64,000 bases of DNA from an uncultured Nitrososphaerales archaeon (GCA_963695855.1 CAVOHZ010000010.1:864001-928000); one strand, 5' to 3'. Counted from the first letter of the stretch, positions 30,183-42,302 are shown. Program-made: numbers and translations. The notes: generated by a model not told the origin, from the letters alone.

Positions 30183-31019
30183 TTGGGAAATGAAGGATTA
30201 AGAGTTGACGAATCGGTTCAATTAACTAAAAGTGATGGTAGGAAAGTCTTATTTGATTTTGATAAGATTATATCCACATGTATAAGAGCCGGTGCTAGTA
30301 GAAATCTAGCTGAAGAGATTGCACAAAAAGTATATGAACAATCTTATGATGGCATGACTACAAAAGAGGTATATAAAAAAATACTTCGATTTCTAAAAGA
30401 CCAACATTATCCAAAGATACAAAATAGGTATAGACTACGCGAATCAATAATGTCCCTTGGCCCTACCGGCTTTATTTTCGAATCCTTTGTTGGTCAGATT
30501 CTTGAAAAACACGGATATAGCATGGAATCTATAAGATCCAAAGTCAAAGGTCAATGTGTAGAACACGAAATTGATCTAATTGCACGTTCTTCAACAAATG
30601 ACCGATATATGATAGAATGCAAGTATCATAACATTGCGGGAATATTTACTGGTCTAAAAGAGACACTATACACTCATGCAAGGTTTCTTGACCTAAAAGA
30701 GGAGTTCGATCGGGAGATGCTTGTGAGTAATACACAGATTTCTGGAGATGCTATCCAATATGCAAAATGTGTTGGACAAGATGTATTGTCGTGGCGATAT
30801 CCAAAAGATAATGGATTAGAAAAGATGATTGAAGATCAAGGACTTTATCCAGTAACTCTTTTACATTTAAATAAAAATGAGTTAGATGCCTTCGCAAAAA
30901 TTAATTTCTTATTAGCAAGAAATCTTCTCAATGTAAATATTGATGAATTATCTAGTCAGACAGGAATTTCAACGAACCGGTTAACCACACTTCAAAGTAA
31001 GATCCATCAGATTCTGTAG
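30183..31019 (+). CDS. ATP-cone + PD-(D/E)xK (Mrr-like) nuclease-domain protein
   Basis: KSDGRKVLFDFDKI ATP-cone; GPTGFIFE, EHEIDLIA and IECKYH. Confidence 0.8.
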   Translation: MGNEGLRVDESVQLTKSDGRKVLFDFDKIISTCIRAGASRNLAEEIAQKVYEQSYDGMTTKEVYKKILRFLKDQHYPKIQNRYRLRESIMSLGPTGFIFESFVGQILEKHGYSMESIRSKVKGQCVEHEIDLIARSSTNDRYMIECKYHNIAGIFTGLKETLYTHARFLDLKEEFDREMLVSNTQISGDAIQYAKCVGQDVLSWRYPKDNGLEKMIEDQGLYPVTLLHLNKNELDAFAKINFLLARNLLNVNIDELSSQTGISTNRLTTLQSKIHQIL

Positions 31020-31315
31020 ATTTATTGAATTATTTTTTTTATATCAACTAATGTGAAAGTATTATTTAACTGTCAATTGTTTCATGTGTTTAATTGATTA
31101 TCTATCGGTCTCAAATTATAATAAAATGATAAAACAAACATGCCATATGAGGTTGATAATTGTAGATGATGATGAAAATAAATTCAACAGAAAAATTCAT
31201 TAAAAATAAATTAGCTTTCACTTTAGAGTTTTTTATTGTGTATATATATATTCTAAAATATTAGTCGACATCGACTAAATATACAAAAATAGACTATTTT
31301 GATGGATTAGTCAAG

Positions 31316-31633
31316 TTAAGGTAAATCATATGATTGTGTGACATCATAGATGAAAATCTTGCCATGGATTTTACTAGATTTTTTTACCTCATCTAGTATT
31401 TTATCTACTTCAGAATCAGGAATAACCACTTCTACTCTTTTTCTCGTTACGAATTCAGGAACAAACTTTTTCCCAGATCTATATCCGTCTATTATTTTCT
31501 CTACCTCTCCTCTTTCTAATTTTCCTCGTCCTGCTATTTCAAAATACGATATTCCCTCAACATTATTTTTTTGTAAAACTTCTTTAATAGATTCGAGATC
31601 CGTATTACGGATATAGAAGACTAATCCTTTCAT
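31316..31633 (-). CDS. PII-family protein (short C-terminus)
   Basis: AGRGK, RVEVVI and GKIFIYDV. Confidence 0.8.
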   Translation of the reverse strand: MKGLVFYIRNTDLESIKEVLQKNNVEGISYFEIAGRGKLERGEVEKIIDGYRSGKKFVPEFVTRKRVEVVIPDSEVDKILDEVKKSSKIHGKIFIYDVTQSYDLP

Positions 31634-32073
31634 TGTTAATGTATTCTAGTTTATTTATATAACTCTTTTCAACTTATTTTAATTTAAATGCATTAATTAT
31701 AGTTTTATTGTAATACAAAATGTTTTTTACTATAGTACAAATTGCCAATGTTTGGTCACAAACACTTTATCAATCTAAAAATAAGTGCTAAAAAACATAA
31801 AAATTATCTCAGTAATTGTTATGTTCTATTTCAACAAACCAGTTCATTTATCTGACTAGCAAACCCCTTGTGCACATGGTCCTCTCTAGTAAAAAGAAGG
31901 TTTTTCGATGAATGGTCATGTATGTGTGCTGTTGCATATGTTAGCGCTCTAGCTATGATATATTTTTGCAGCTTTGTCTATTGCTCTTTTGATTGCAACC
32001 ATTTAGAAATTTTCCAATCCTTTCATGTTTAAATATCATTTTTATTATCTGTATAATCATCCAGATAGTTCAA

Positions 32074-32259
32074 TCACACATCAAAGTGAAATTTCTTTAT
32101 ATGAAATGAAATACCCTCTTCATATAGTCCCTTAGAAATACTCTTTATTATTCCATCTTCAATTATCTTACGACGATCATTGTTCTCAATAAGATCCGTT
32201 GGAATATCAATATCTATTTCTACCTTTAATCTCACTCGCCTGCTTACCATAAAAATCAT
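32074..32259 (-). CDS. Small hypothetical protein
   Basis: Compact ORF with protein-like composition (RVRLKVEIDIDIP...GLYEEG). Confidence 0.5.
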   Translation of the reverse strand: MIFMVSRRVRLKVEIDIDIPTDLIENNDRRKIIEDGIIKSISKGLYEEGISFHIKKFHFDV

Positions 32260-33287
32260 ATCACTACATCCGGTATTGAGTGTATGTTTTTGATTAATAA
32301 ATTACGATCGAGTAATTCTTACCATTCATTTAAGTTAGTATAATGCCTCTGGGGAAAATCCTTGGAATTATTTTTATATCTCTTTTTGAAAAAGATTTTT
32401 TTATCTAAATAAATATGAAGTATAGGTATTCTTAAAAATAAAGTGTCACAAAAATAGGATAATTTGCAATGTTGATTGTTGAAATTGGAATTTTTCGTGT
32501 CAGTCATTTATTTTCCAAATCTACTCTGGATATTACCCAACTGAAAAATATTACAAATATTATTGAAGGCATAAAAAATAATGAATAGATAATATACCTG
32601 AAGCATCACCTCTGGCAGGGAATAAAACACATATTCGACATTAGAAATGAAATTTTATTAGCCATGCTATCTAAATAAATGACTGGTAAAATACATTGGA
32701 TAATTTAGATATTACTTTCAATTTTACAGCTTCGATGTCGGTTCAGGCTAATTTCTTTTTCCGTTGAATGACCTTTATTGCTAAATATATTGCTATACTA
32801 CTTGATCCTAATATCGCCCCAACCATAATTTTGGTCAAAAGATCATTTTCAATAAACATGGATATCCCAGAACTAAAGATACTGTAAAAGGAAAGGGCAT
32901 AAGCAATTTTCTCATATTTTCTTTTTTTTTACGTCTCTTTCTAATGATTCTTTCACAACACTTATTGTTGTTACCACAATTTGCTATACATAAAAAACTA
33001 TTAAAACATTTTTGTGATGTTAATAATTATAGTTTAAATAGTAACAATTAACGATTAATAAATCGTATTTTTAATTTAGATTAATTGAAGAAAAGTGCAA
33101 ATAAAGAATTACATATTATTGTATTAAAAAAAACGAAACGGTAGCAATAGCCAGTTAATCTTATTTTATGAACAATTCGAATTGATGGAATAATAAGACA
33201 TTTCATAAACGAATCAAACAATAAAAATTTACAAGAAAAATTTGAATACTAAGAGTTATTAAAAGATTTAATAAAAACCATACTTAA

Positions 33288-33638
33288 ATGCCAGATGAGG
33301 ACTGTATCAGAGATGATAAAGAAGATGAAATATTAGAATTAGATTATAAGAATTTTAGTATTGTAATAAATAGAAATAAACTTACTTTAGTTGATTTTTG
33401 GGCACCATGGTGTGGACCTTGTCAAACAATGTTTGCCATATTTTCGAAGTTATCTAAATATTATTCATATAAGATCACCTTTGCAAGAGTAAACATTGAT
33501 AATAATCCAAAAATTGCTTCAGAATATGAAGTATTCTCTATTCCATCTTTTATATTATTTATGGATGGACAACCAATTAAAGGCTTAATTGGTACAGTAA
33601 CTGAAAGCAGATTAAAAGAGATGGTGGAAAAATTGTAG
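33288..33638 (+). CDS. trxA: Thioredoxin
   Basis: VDFWAPWCGPC and SIP cis-Pro motif. Confidence 0.92.
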   Translation: MPDEDCIRDDKEDEILELDYKNFSIVINRNKLTLVDFWAPWCGPCQTMFAIFSKLSKYYSYKITFARVNIDNNPKIASEYEVFSIPSFILFMDGQPIKGLIGTVTESRLKEMVEKL

Positions 33639-34397
33639 GTCCACTGTTGTAATTTTTCGGCGCCGAAAAAAAGCAGTTTAATTATCTCGCATCTTGAATG
33701 AATATTGCTGGCTTATTTAATTATGATGAAAAAGTTATTAGAACATTAGTGAAAACGCAAACCGTATACTGGATATAACGTACATAGGTTAAAGTTCAAT
33801 CTAATTTTCGGTAATGTTAATCACTACATTAAATGATCTAAAAACTTATGTAATGGCATATGCAAGATTTTGGGCCTTTGGAATTTCATTTATAATGTCG
33901 TTCTTAGCTATTTCCTTCAAGAAAACTAGGTATCGAAATTTTTTCTCTATCGTCAACCACTGATTTTTAAAAGGTTTACTATGGAATTTATTAATATCAA
34001 GATAAAAATATAAGATCTTTTGTGCCAAACGTCATAAGTTGAATACCCATATCTCGGACTTATTCGAGCTCGCACAATCTTTTTCTTAATAAAATATCAA
34101 ATGGGGCATCTATTTTGGGATTAAAATAAGATATTGACTCAGTTGAGGAGATCATAACTAATATTTCCTAATGTTTTAATAATTAGAATAGAAAAATCTT
34201 GTGTCTTCGGAAATAATTTTACAGTTTCTGGATAATGGTTTAGTGAGGATCCCTCCCCCTTCGGAGCTTAGTAATTTCAAATACAGCTTGAATACTATAG
34301 AATTGATCAGCGACAACGATTTTTATTCGGACCCATGGGTACTATCAACAAATTTAGATAAAAAAACTTAATTAATCATATAACAATGTCTAATTAA

Positions 34398-34841
34398 ATG
34401 CGATTCGTTGACTTTAGACTAATGCAGGATAGAAATAATATGATTCACTATTCGGTAAGACATGTATTTTTTATTTCAATTTTAGTAGCTACGATCTGTC
34501 TTCTTAATTCTTCATCCATGAGTAAGCCAGCATGGAGTTCCGATTATAATGTACAGATTCCTTATCAAGCATCTGATCCCTCCTTAAAGAAAAATTTTGA
34601 TCCAGAATCTATAGATATACAAACAGGTGACAAAGTTACTTGGATTAATAACGACGAAATGATGCATACGATCACTGGGCATACGTTATCCGATGGATCA
34701 TCCACAAATGGATTCGATTCCGGACCATTACATCTCGGACAAGAATTCACATTTATATTTAACCAAGAGGGAGAATACAAATACTCATGTATGTTCCATC
34801 CATTTATGACTGCAAAAATAATAGTCTCTCAACAGGGATAA
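34398..34841 (+). CDS. Plastocyanin/cupredoxin blue copper protein
   Basis: GDKVTWIN..HTIT and YSCMFHPFM type-1 Cu ligands; signal peptide. Confidence 0.9.
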   Translation: MRFVDFRLMQDRNNMIHYSVRHVFFISILVATICLLNSSSMSKPAWSSDYNVQIPYQASDPSLKKNFDPESIDIQTGDKVTWINNDEMMHTITGHTLSDGSSTNGFDSGPLHLGQEFTFIFNQEGEYKYSCMFHPFMTAKIIVSQQG

Positions 34842-35259
34842 AACTAGGAAAAAACTATAATATATAATTAAAACTATAATACATAATTTAATAATATTCA
34901 CACATAATAAATATAGATTCTGTTTTACTATTTATGACTAATCTATATCTAAACCTAATATATAATAACAGCATATTAAAAAATAATAAATGTATATAGT
35001 TAAAAGAAATATAATATACACAATTAAATTTATTTACGCAGGTCAAATGAATGCAAAGCAAGGAACAAATATTTTTGATAGTTATCAAAATTCAATAAAA
35101 AGATAGAGTCAAACTATATAAATGATAAGTACTTATCTTAGTTACAGGTTTTATGATTTGATAAAAAAGTAGATATTATCAATAATACTAAAGAAAAATA
35201 GAATAAAAAAAATGGAACAAACAAATCACGCTAATATTGAAAAGAGGCCTGAATGTAAT

Positions 35260-36136
35260 ATTTAAAAATTACCTGGAGAACCTTGAGTGTATTATATTAT
35301 GATCATATTGCTAAAAATGAGAAACTATCGGTCGTATTTAATACGTACAGTAGATTTATTCTGCATAAAACAAGAAAAAGAGAATACAAAAGACAAAATT
35401 TGTTCTTATATATCTAATTGTTAGACAAGTTCTAAGTTACATATATTGTAACAGAAACAAAATGATTAGTAAAATAGTTCTTTTCATCAACATTCTTAAT
35501 ATAAAATGGTGCCAAAATATTCATTTTTACCCGTTGGTTAAGCTTTTTCATTGTGAACATTTTATACCTTATATTTTTGACATTACATTTCATGTTGAAA
35601 CGATGTCTTTTGTAATATTCTTTAGATAGTTATGGTAATGAGCGATACTTTATGTAGACATTTTAAGCTCTGTTAAATTAAGTAAAAATTACAAATTTAA
35701 TTGAAAAAACCTACTAAAATTGAGTGTAGAACATAAAAGATAAACAAAACATATCTTATATTCTATACTTAACTTAACAGAGCCACATTTTAGCATGAAT
35801 CTATTCTCGTTCAAACCAAATCTTTTAATTATACGTAAGTCAAGAATTTCCTTTTCTATAACATTTGTTACTTCTGCAGACTGTTTATTGTGCGCTTTTA
35901 TATTTTCATGCTGCAAACCATTTGTTCGATTCTCAAGGTACCTGTTTTTCCACTTGTAATGTGTCATTCAAGTTATTAGGTATCTAGTGCATTACCTACA
36001 GTACCTTCAGTCCACGGTTTCTGATGAATTAGATTAAATTTCGTTTGTAATTCTATTTTGTATACAATTACTATCAGACTAGAAAGTGTTACCTATGTTA
36101 CTAAATGAAATTGTAACCATCTATACAAGTACAACA
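35260..36136 (-). mobile_element. Degenerate IS481 copy related to 10450-11499
   Basis: Colinear similarity to the intact element, including the terminus ...AAGTACAACA (36136); many stops and frameshifts; left boundary approximate. Confidence 0.8.
35666..35784. mobile_element. 119-bp IS6-type MITE with 8-bp target duplication
   Basis: TIRs AGCTCTGTTAAATTAAG / GGCTCTGTTAAGTTAAG match the IS6 end at 46414-46430; ACATTTTA on both flanks (35658-35665, 35785-35792). Confidence 0.85.
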
Positions 36137-36699
36137 AGTAATTATTAGTTTTAAGAAATTTATAGCATCTTAATTCATATATAGAAATAGACATGACATA
36201 GAACTGGGTAACGACGATTAAATTTGTGATTATAGTAAGAATACTGAAGGATGATGACTAAAATTTTACAGGTAAGAGTATTATACTATAGTACAGCTGT
36301 TAGTTTAACAGAGCATAAACAGCGCTGAAACCGGTATGCAGGATTTTAACAATACGATATCCTTGAGAAAATCAAACAAACTTCTTACATGTAACCTTTT
36401 AGAATCTATCAATATAGTCAATATCTGAGTGTGTCAGATTTATTTTACATGATATAATGTCTCAACATTGTAGCCTCATCCAGTATGTTGAAGCAAACGA
36501 TTAGAGCTTGATTTTGATTAGCTAGCTCAAATTATAGGAATTTACTCGATAATCTAACTATGTTGTCATTTAGTTGGATAATCCTACAGAATTATACTCT
36601 AATAACTTTACAATTTTGAACTATTAATTGATTAATTTATTTATTGTTAGTGCCTATTGATAGAATTCTATATTAATAACTAAATTATTACAATATTTT

Positions 36700-37275
36700 A
36701 TGAAACAGAAGGTAAGAGTAATGGTTGTTTCACTAACTTTAATGATTGGAATAATGGCTGTTGTGGATTATTCACTTGAGACAGCTTTTTCTCAGGAGGA
36801 CCCAGCGAAAGAAAAAGCATTACAGGACCAGGTAGCCAGCGCCTTTAATTATGTGCATAAGGCAGACCTTAATAGAGCATCTTTAACTCTATTACTAAAT
36901 GGCATCAGTCTTATTCAAAATGATACATTACTAATATATGATTCAACTCCTTATGCAAGCAAGGGACATATATCTCTTAATTTACCATGTAACCCAGAAG
37001 AACCTAATAAACCGATGTTTCAGGTACTAATCGGTCTTGCTCCAAAGGTTTTTCCCTTGTACCTGGGATATTTAGAACAAGTTTCAAACCCGCCTAGAAG
37101 TTGTTTATTTCATGGACAATTTGGATTTGGAGATCCTGTAACAGATGTGGCTCTTCACTACTCAGGTGATGGAGAGATTAAATTTCTAGGTCCACATACT
37201 ATTACAATAACTGTACATGAATCATACATTCCAAGTCAAGAGCAGTTAAAACTGAAACAACATTTAGCTCCTTAA
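36700..37275 (+). CDS. Exported hypothetical protein
   Basis: Signal peptide; 191-aa ORF with two Cys and several His. Confidence 0.7.
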   Translation: MKQKVRVMVVSLTLMIGIMAVVDYSLETAFSQEDPAKEKALQDQVASAFNYVHKADLNRASLTLLLNGISLIQNDTLLIYDSTPYASKGHISLNLPCNPEEPNKPMFQVLIGLAPKVFPLYLGYLEQVSNPPRSCLFHGQFGFGDPVTDVALHYSGDGEIKFLGPHTITITVHESYIPSQEQLKLKQHLAP

Positions 37276-37543
37276 TTTTTTTTTAACATATATATGATGG
37301 TACGTTTTAATAAAAAATTAATTTGCAAGTTTTTATACCTTGAAAATTAAAAATAAATTGAATACTTTCAATACTTTTTTATGAGAAAATAATTGTAGGA
37401 AGATTTTCTTATTTCGCTAACATCTTACATAACAATTGTTCTTAATTTAGTAAGAGCAATAATCTTCATGTTTTTACATATTAACAAAGTAAATTGAATG
37501 TCTAGAAAACTCACTATGTTTGGATTTTACTGCCAACTATATT

Positions 37544-38947
37544 CTAATCATTAGCATGCAAGGAATAATTTTTGCCAGTCAAGTCAAGGAGACATCTTTC
37601 TATTGGTTTCTTTAAATCTTCTACTTCCTTCTTATTTTTTTCCAGCTCCATTTGCAATTCTTTATGTGAGGCCTCTTTTGCAAACAGTTCTTGGGAAAGA
37701 TAAGATTTTTGTTCCTGCATGTCTCTTAATTTTGAAAAAATAGTGAGATCTGGATTGTTCTGTAATGTATGTAATTTTTTATTCAGGTTTTCTTCTCGAC
37801 TTTTAAATTCATTTAATGAATGGAGAATGTTGTCAATATAAGTAATTATTTTACCAGAATCTTTGACATTAATTTTTCCCTTTACCATTGAAGTCCTAAC
37901 ATCTGTAATGAGATTAACATAGTGAGTAATGTCTTGAGAGAACATTTCCCAAGGCTTTTCAGTCATTACTTGGAATTTATGAATAACTGATTTATTCATT
38001 CCATAAGAATATTTGTTGAATGCTCTGCTGACTCTACTAAAACTATTAATTAATTCTTTATGGAAATCCTTTTTCTCTTTCTCAACTAATGTCAGCGTTT
38101 GTCTTGTTTTCTGTGCATTATGATATTTTTCAGAGTTTACCAACAAATTTATTTCAGATTCAACTTTTTTTATATTCGATCTCAAATCGTCAATATTAGC
38201 TCTCTTATCATCGACAAGTGATTCCATAGAACTTATCATTTCTTTTTTATCCGCAATGACATTTAATCCATCTATACAGGAATTCAAAAAATTTAATTCA
38301 TCGTCATAGAGATAAATTTCCCTTTTGCATTCATGGGAAATATTTGAAATATTCTTAAATTCGTTTTCTAGTTTTTCGGCATACTTTCTAATAAAGAAAT
38401 TGAAAACTTTCTTATGGGAAGAACTTAGCTCTGAAAACCTATGGACCATAGAATCTAGGTGCTGATGAAAATCTTTGATATCTTGAAAAGATTCAGGAAC
38501 AGTAGGAAATGATGATATTTCTTTTTTTATCGATGATATAACCATTCTTTTGGAATTAATAAGTAGGGACTCAAAGCTACGTTCTTGGACATCTATTTTA
38601 GCTATTTCTAGATCCCTGGCAATATTCTTTATATTGTTCATATATTGTAACGACTGAAAATGGAGTGGTTTAATTTTTTCTGCTAATTGCTTTATTTTAC
38701 CATCTCGAGATCTTTGAAGAATATCTTTAGTATCAAATGATGTAATTTGAATATCCTCAATTGAATTATCTTTAAATTTGTTTATATTATATGAATTTCT
38801 CCCTTTTTTATCAATATGGGGTTTCTTCTTAAAAAAATCAAATAAAGGAGCCAATAAATATACTAATAATATCAATAAGAAAAATCTTTTTATTTTTCTA
38901 GTATGCGAAAATTCATAGTGAGTCCTAAAAATATTGAAACAAGTCAT
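37544..38947 (-). CDS. Long coiled-coil hypothetical protein (start uncertain)
   Basis: 467-aa ORF with heptad-rich K/E/L composition; no Walker motifs. Confidence 0.7.
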   Translation of the reverse strand: MTCFNIFRTHYEFSHTRKIKRFFLLILLVYLLAPLFDFFKKKPHIDKKGRNSYNINKFKDNSIEDIQITSFDTKDILQRSRDGKIKQLAEKIKPLHFQSLQYMNNIKNIARDLEIAKIDVQERSFESLLINSKRMVISSIKKEISSFPTVPESFQDIKDFHQHLDSMVHRFSELSSSHKKVFNFFIRKYAEKLENEFKNISNISHECKREIYLYDDELNFLNSCIDGLNVIADKKEMISSMESLVDDKRANIDDLRSNIKKVESEINLLVNSEKYHNAQKTRQTLTLVEKEKKDFHKELINSFSRVSRAFNKYSYGMNKSVIHKFQVMTEKPWEMFSQDITHYVNLITDVRTSMVKGKINVKDSGKIITYIDNILHSLNEFKSREENLNKKLHTLQNNPDLTIFSKLRDMQEQKSYLSQELFAKEASHKELQMELEKNKKEVEDLKKPIERCLLDLTGKNYSLHAND

Positions 38948-39019
38948 TTTTGTGTAAAAAAATGAAAAAAATGAAAGTACATCGGATTACCTTTATAGGA
39001 GATTTATAATGCTTGAATT

Positions 39020-39616
39020 TTGTTGATGAATAATAAAAAAGAAGATGACAATTCGAAAAATGGTATGATTTTTATATATATATCATTATCTATTTTGAGC
39101 GCCACAATAATAAGTGCAATATTCTCACGAGAAATTAATTATTATTTTTATGCAATGATATGGATTGGAAGTTTTTTGGTCTTTTTTTTGTTGTTCAGAA
39201 CTAGAATAATAGATTCAGTTAAAATTATCAAGACGAGGATAAAAAAGAGTACTGGATGGCCATTAACAATCAAAATCATAAATGGAATATGTTGGGCTGG
39301 TCCATTTTTCTTTGCAGCATTTATGCCTGTTATTCATGAATTTTTAATATTGTTGGGAATAGGATTAGGAAATATTTCCACTGCACTCATATTTTTAAAG
39401 TATAACAGACTCAAAAACAAGGATCAAATGATCGTTGGGTTAATTTGTTTAATATCTATCGTAATAATAATGGTGTTATATCAATATGATTTAATAGCGA
39501 AAGTACAAGGTGAATTTTTAGCAAGGATATTAATATCTATAGCTTATGGAATAGGAGGAGTATATAGCTTATTCTTTGGAGAAAAAGATACATATTCAAA
39601 TGACATACCACAGTAA
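39020..39616 (+). CDS. Integral membrane hypothetical protein
   Basis: About six hydrophobic segments. Confidence 0.7.
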   Translation: MLMNNKKEDDNSKNGMIFIYISLSILSATIISAIFSREINYYFYAMIWIGSFLVFFLLFRTRIIDSVKIIKTRIKKSTGWPLTIKIINGICWAGPFFFAAFMPVIHEFLILLGIGLGNISTALIFLKYNRLKNKDQMIVGLICLISIVIIMVLYQYDLIAKVQGEFLARILISIAYGIGGVYSLFFGEKDTYSNDIPQ

Positions 39617-40148
39617 AGAAATAATCACATTTTGTCACTAAGAGCGTACTTAAAAATAAAGAAGAATTTAGCTCTTTGGTTTCTTTATCATGGTAATAAT
39701 GAAATAAGAACAATAAGACCAAAAGTCATGTTAGAACAAGTTACATGTATTGCAGATAGCTATGAAACGATATTAAAAACCTTGTACCAGAGTAAAAACA
39801 GAGAACAATAGCGGTAGACCAATTGTTCCTTATAGAATAGTACTTGATGGAATAATATTTGTCCTGAGCACTGGCAGTCAATAGAAAATGTTACCAAGAG
39901 TATGGTTCAGGATGGGCACAGAAAAGAAGATTTCAAGAGTAGGAACAATCAGGTAAATTTGACAAATTAGAGTGCAATTACTAGAAATACACTATAACAG
40001 AAAAATAATCAAATTGACTTAATAGTCACTTGATAGTAATCTATAAGCCACCTAATCAAAAAAAGTGAAGAAAAAAAGAATTATTCATGAATATGAATTT
40101 TTATATTTCCTTTTCTTTGCAGTGTTATTGCATAAAATAATAATTCTA

Positions 40149-40506
40149 ATGTTTATAACTATTGGACTTCTATTAACATCGAGTCTTACTTCATGAAAAA
40201 CGGTAAACAGTGATACAGAAAAAGCATTTGCAGAACAAAATAGTAGTGCGCTAAAACTACTTACTGAAGATGATTTAAAATTTATTCAAGAAGAAGGGAT
40301 CGAACTATCCAAGTTCATTCAGTGATAAATACATAAGAGAAATTAAACAACAACCACCTGACGCTTATGAACAGAGAATTAAAACTTGTATGGATATGAA
40401 GGATGCAAATTTCATCGATCCTAATATAGAATGTGTAAGTTGGATGCTTACGCTAGAGGGAAATTACAAATTAATACAATGGCTTCTCAGCTCAAATCAA
40501 TATTAG
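40149..40506 (+). pseudogene. Broken paralogue of 62970-63284
   Basis: Encodes ...RIKTCMDMKDANFIDPNIECVSWMLTLEGNYKLIQWLLSSNQY; early TGA and TTCA duplication frameshift near 40315. Confidence 0.8.
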
Positions 40507-40529
40507 TCTCATTTTTTTGTGTACTTTTT

Positions 40530-40961
40530 CTAAGGCTTATTTAATTGAGCCATTTCATCTATTTCGTGTAGGAATTTACCTGTTTCATCATATGATTTAG
40601 CACATAAATCGATTATGAATGGTATTGGTGAGTTCAAAGTATCTATTGCATTCCATTCGACTGCAATTATGGTTATTTTTATATCCATAGAAAATTCTTC
40701 ACTTTCGATTATAGGTTGAATCTTAGACCATCTTTGCTTATACATTTCTAGCGATTCTCCGAGTGATACACTGTTTGAATATGTAACACATTCTAGTAAT
40801 TTCATTTCTGAAGTATTTGGATTTTCTGACGCCTTTTCTACGGTTTCAGCTAAATTGTTAGGAAAGTTTTCATATTGAAAATTTAGTTCATTTTGTGCAT
40901 TTATGTTTGAGGAAAGTATAACGCTTCCTAACACTCCACTTAGAATCAATATTAACATCAT
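40530..40961 (-). CDS. Exported hypothetical protein (intact copy of duplicated gene)
   Basis: Signal peptide; near-identical broken copy at 62529-62946. Confidence 0.75.
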   Translation of the reverse strand: MMLILILSGVLGSVILSSNINAQNELNFQYENFPNNLAETVEKASENPNTSEMKLLECVTYSNSVSLGESLEMYKQRWSKIQPIIESEEFSMDIKITIIAVEWNAIDTLNSPIPFIIDLCAKSYDETGKFLHEIDEMAQLNKP

Positions 40962-40974
40962 ATATTTACGAAAC

Positions 40975-41616
40975 CTAATCGAATCTTAATTTTTGTTGTG
41001 GTTCAACTTCTAATTCACTATCGCCTAGAAATTTAATTGATTTTATAAAATGGTCACGAATTTCAATATTTTCTGGATCATCAAAAATTGTAGTAGGGGC
41101 TATAAATTTAAAAGCGTATAATTTATCATCAACATTAGTTATCCAAAATTGTCTAGCATATTTAACAGCATAAGGCTGATATTTATCTTCGCTAGTAACC
41201 AAAAAAGTTACAGTTTCTTTACCATCAATAGACATCATCGATGGTTCTTCTATAATTTTAGCTTCATACGCTTCTTCAAATCCCTTAGTAGCAATATGAA
41301 GAGCTAGTTGAATCACCTTTTCAAATCCAAGAATATCTAATACGTTTGCTAATGATCCTCCCGAGGAAATCGGAAACCCTAGGTTGAAACTTCTACTTGA
41401 CGAAAAGTCTGCTATCCTCATATCTGGTGCACTATCAAATCTAGATTTTTCATTAATTTTCCAGTCTGTTGGATATTCAAACTGAATTCCGTATTTCTCA
41501 CTTGTATAATTAGAGAATTCTATTGCAAAAGCATAATTTTCTGGTGTAAACAAAGAGATAGATGATAAAGAAATTGCAAGTCCTGTAAGCACAATCAATA
41601 GTAGTAAGTGCTTCAT
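40975..41616 (-). CDS. PsbP-like exported protein
   Basis: Signal peptide, NYTSEKYGIQFEYPTDW, SIDGKE and FIKSIKF. Confidence 0.75.
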   Translation of the reverse strand: MKHLLLLIVLTGLAISLSSISLFTPENYAFAIEFSNYTSEKYGIQFEYPTDWKINEKSRFDSAPDMRIADFSSSRSFNLGFPISSGGSLANVLDILGFEKVIQLALHIATKGFEEAYEAKIIEEPSMMSIDGKETVTFLVTSEDKYQPYAVKYARQFWITNVDDKLYAFKFIAPTTIFDDPENIEIRDHFIKSIKFLGDSELEVEPQQKLRFD

Positions 41617-41728
41617 ATATTGCTAAATCACTCTTAAACAGATAAACTTTTATCTATAACTGTTCATTGTAACAATGTTATATAAGAATCGATAAATTTA
41701 TTAATTTAAATCTAATTGTATAGTTAGA

Positions 41729-42302
41729 ATGATTTTTTCATACCTAGTTCTCTCATTAATGGCCATTCTTATACTGACAATAACAAGTACAAATGGATTT
41801 AGTTAATCCCTTCAGATGCCAGAATTCAAATCCAAATCTACTATGGAAAGTAATACAATAATAGAAAATAATCCGAATGAACAGATTGCAATGAAACTTC
41901 AATTAGAACCTCACGAGAACGAATTTTTGGCTGATGATGATTGGTATCAAGTTTCAGACATTGCGTTTGCAACCACTAATAACAGTAAATTATGTCATGC
42001 GGTAAGATGTGATTATGAGATTGATGATGGACAAATGAGTTCTGAAATTTGCAGCTGGTGAAAGATCGTTAGATGGAAAATTCAAGACAAGTGCTGGTGA
42101 ATCAAAGAAAATATTCGATTTAAGGGCTACTTGGGAAGCAGTCGAGGAACGTGATGTAAATGGTGAACTAAGTCAACTTAAAGAAGGGACGTTTAGCATA
42201 GGCAGACCTGTATTTAATCCACAGTTCGAATATGACATAAATGGCACATTGACAAAAGATGGTAATGGTTATTTGATACAGGTATTAGGGGCAAAGAAAT
42301 GA
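41729..42302 (+). pseudogene. Disrupted exported-protein gene
   Basis: Signal-like start, a stop before 41816, frameshift near 42050, then an open frame to TGA at 42302. Confidence 0.55.

Noticed and set aside
31261-31278. Palindrome TTAGTCGA-CA-TCGACTAA
   Set aside because: Single copy between convergent gene ends; no evidence to assign a function
36295-36314. IS6-like TIR fragment (TTAACAGAGC)
   Set aside because: Too short, with no partner end or TSD
37544-38947. SMC/SbcC ATPase
   Set aside because: Coiled-coil only; no Walker A/B or signature motif
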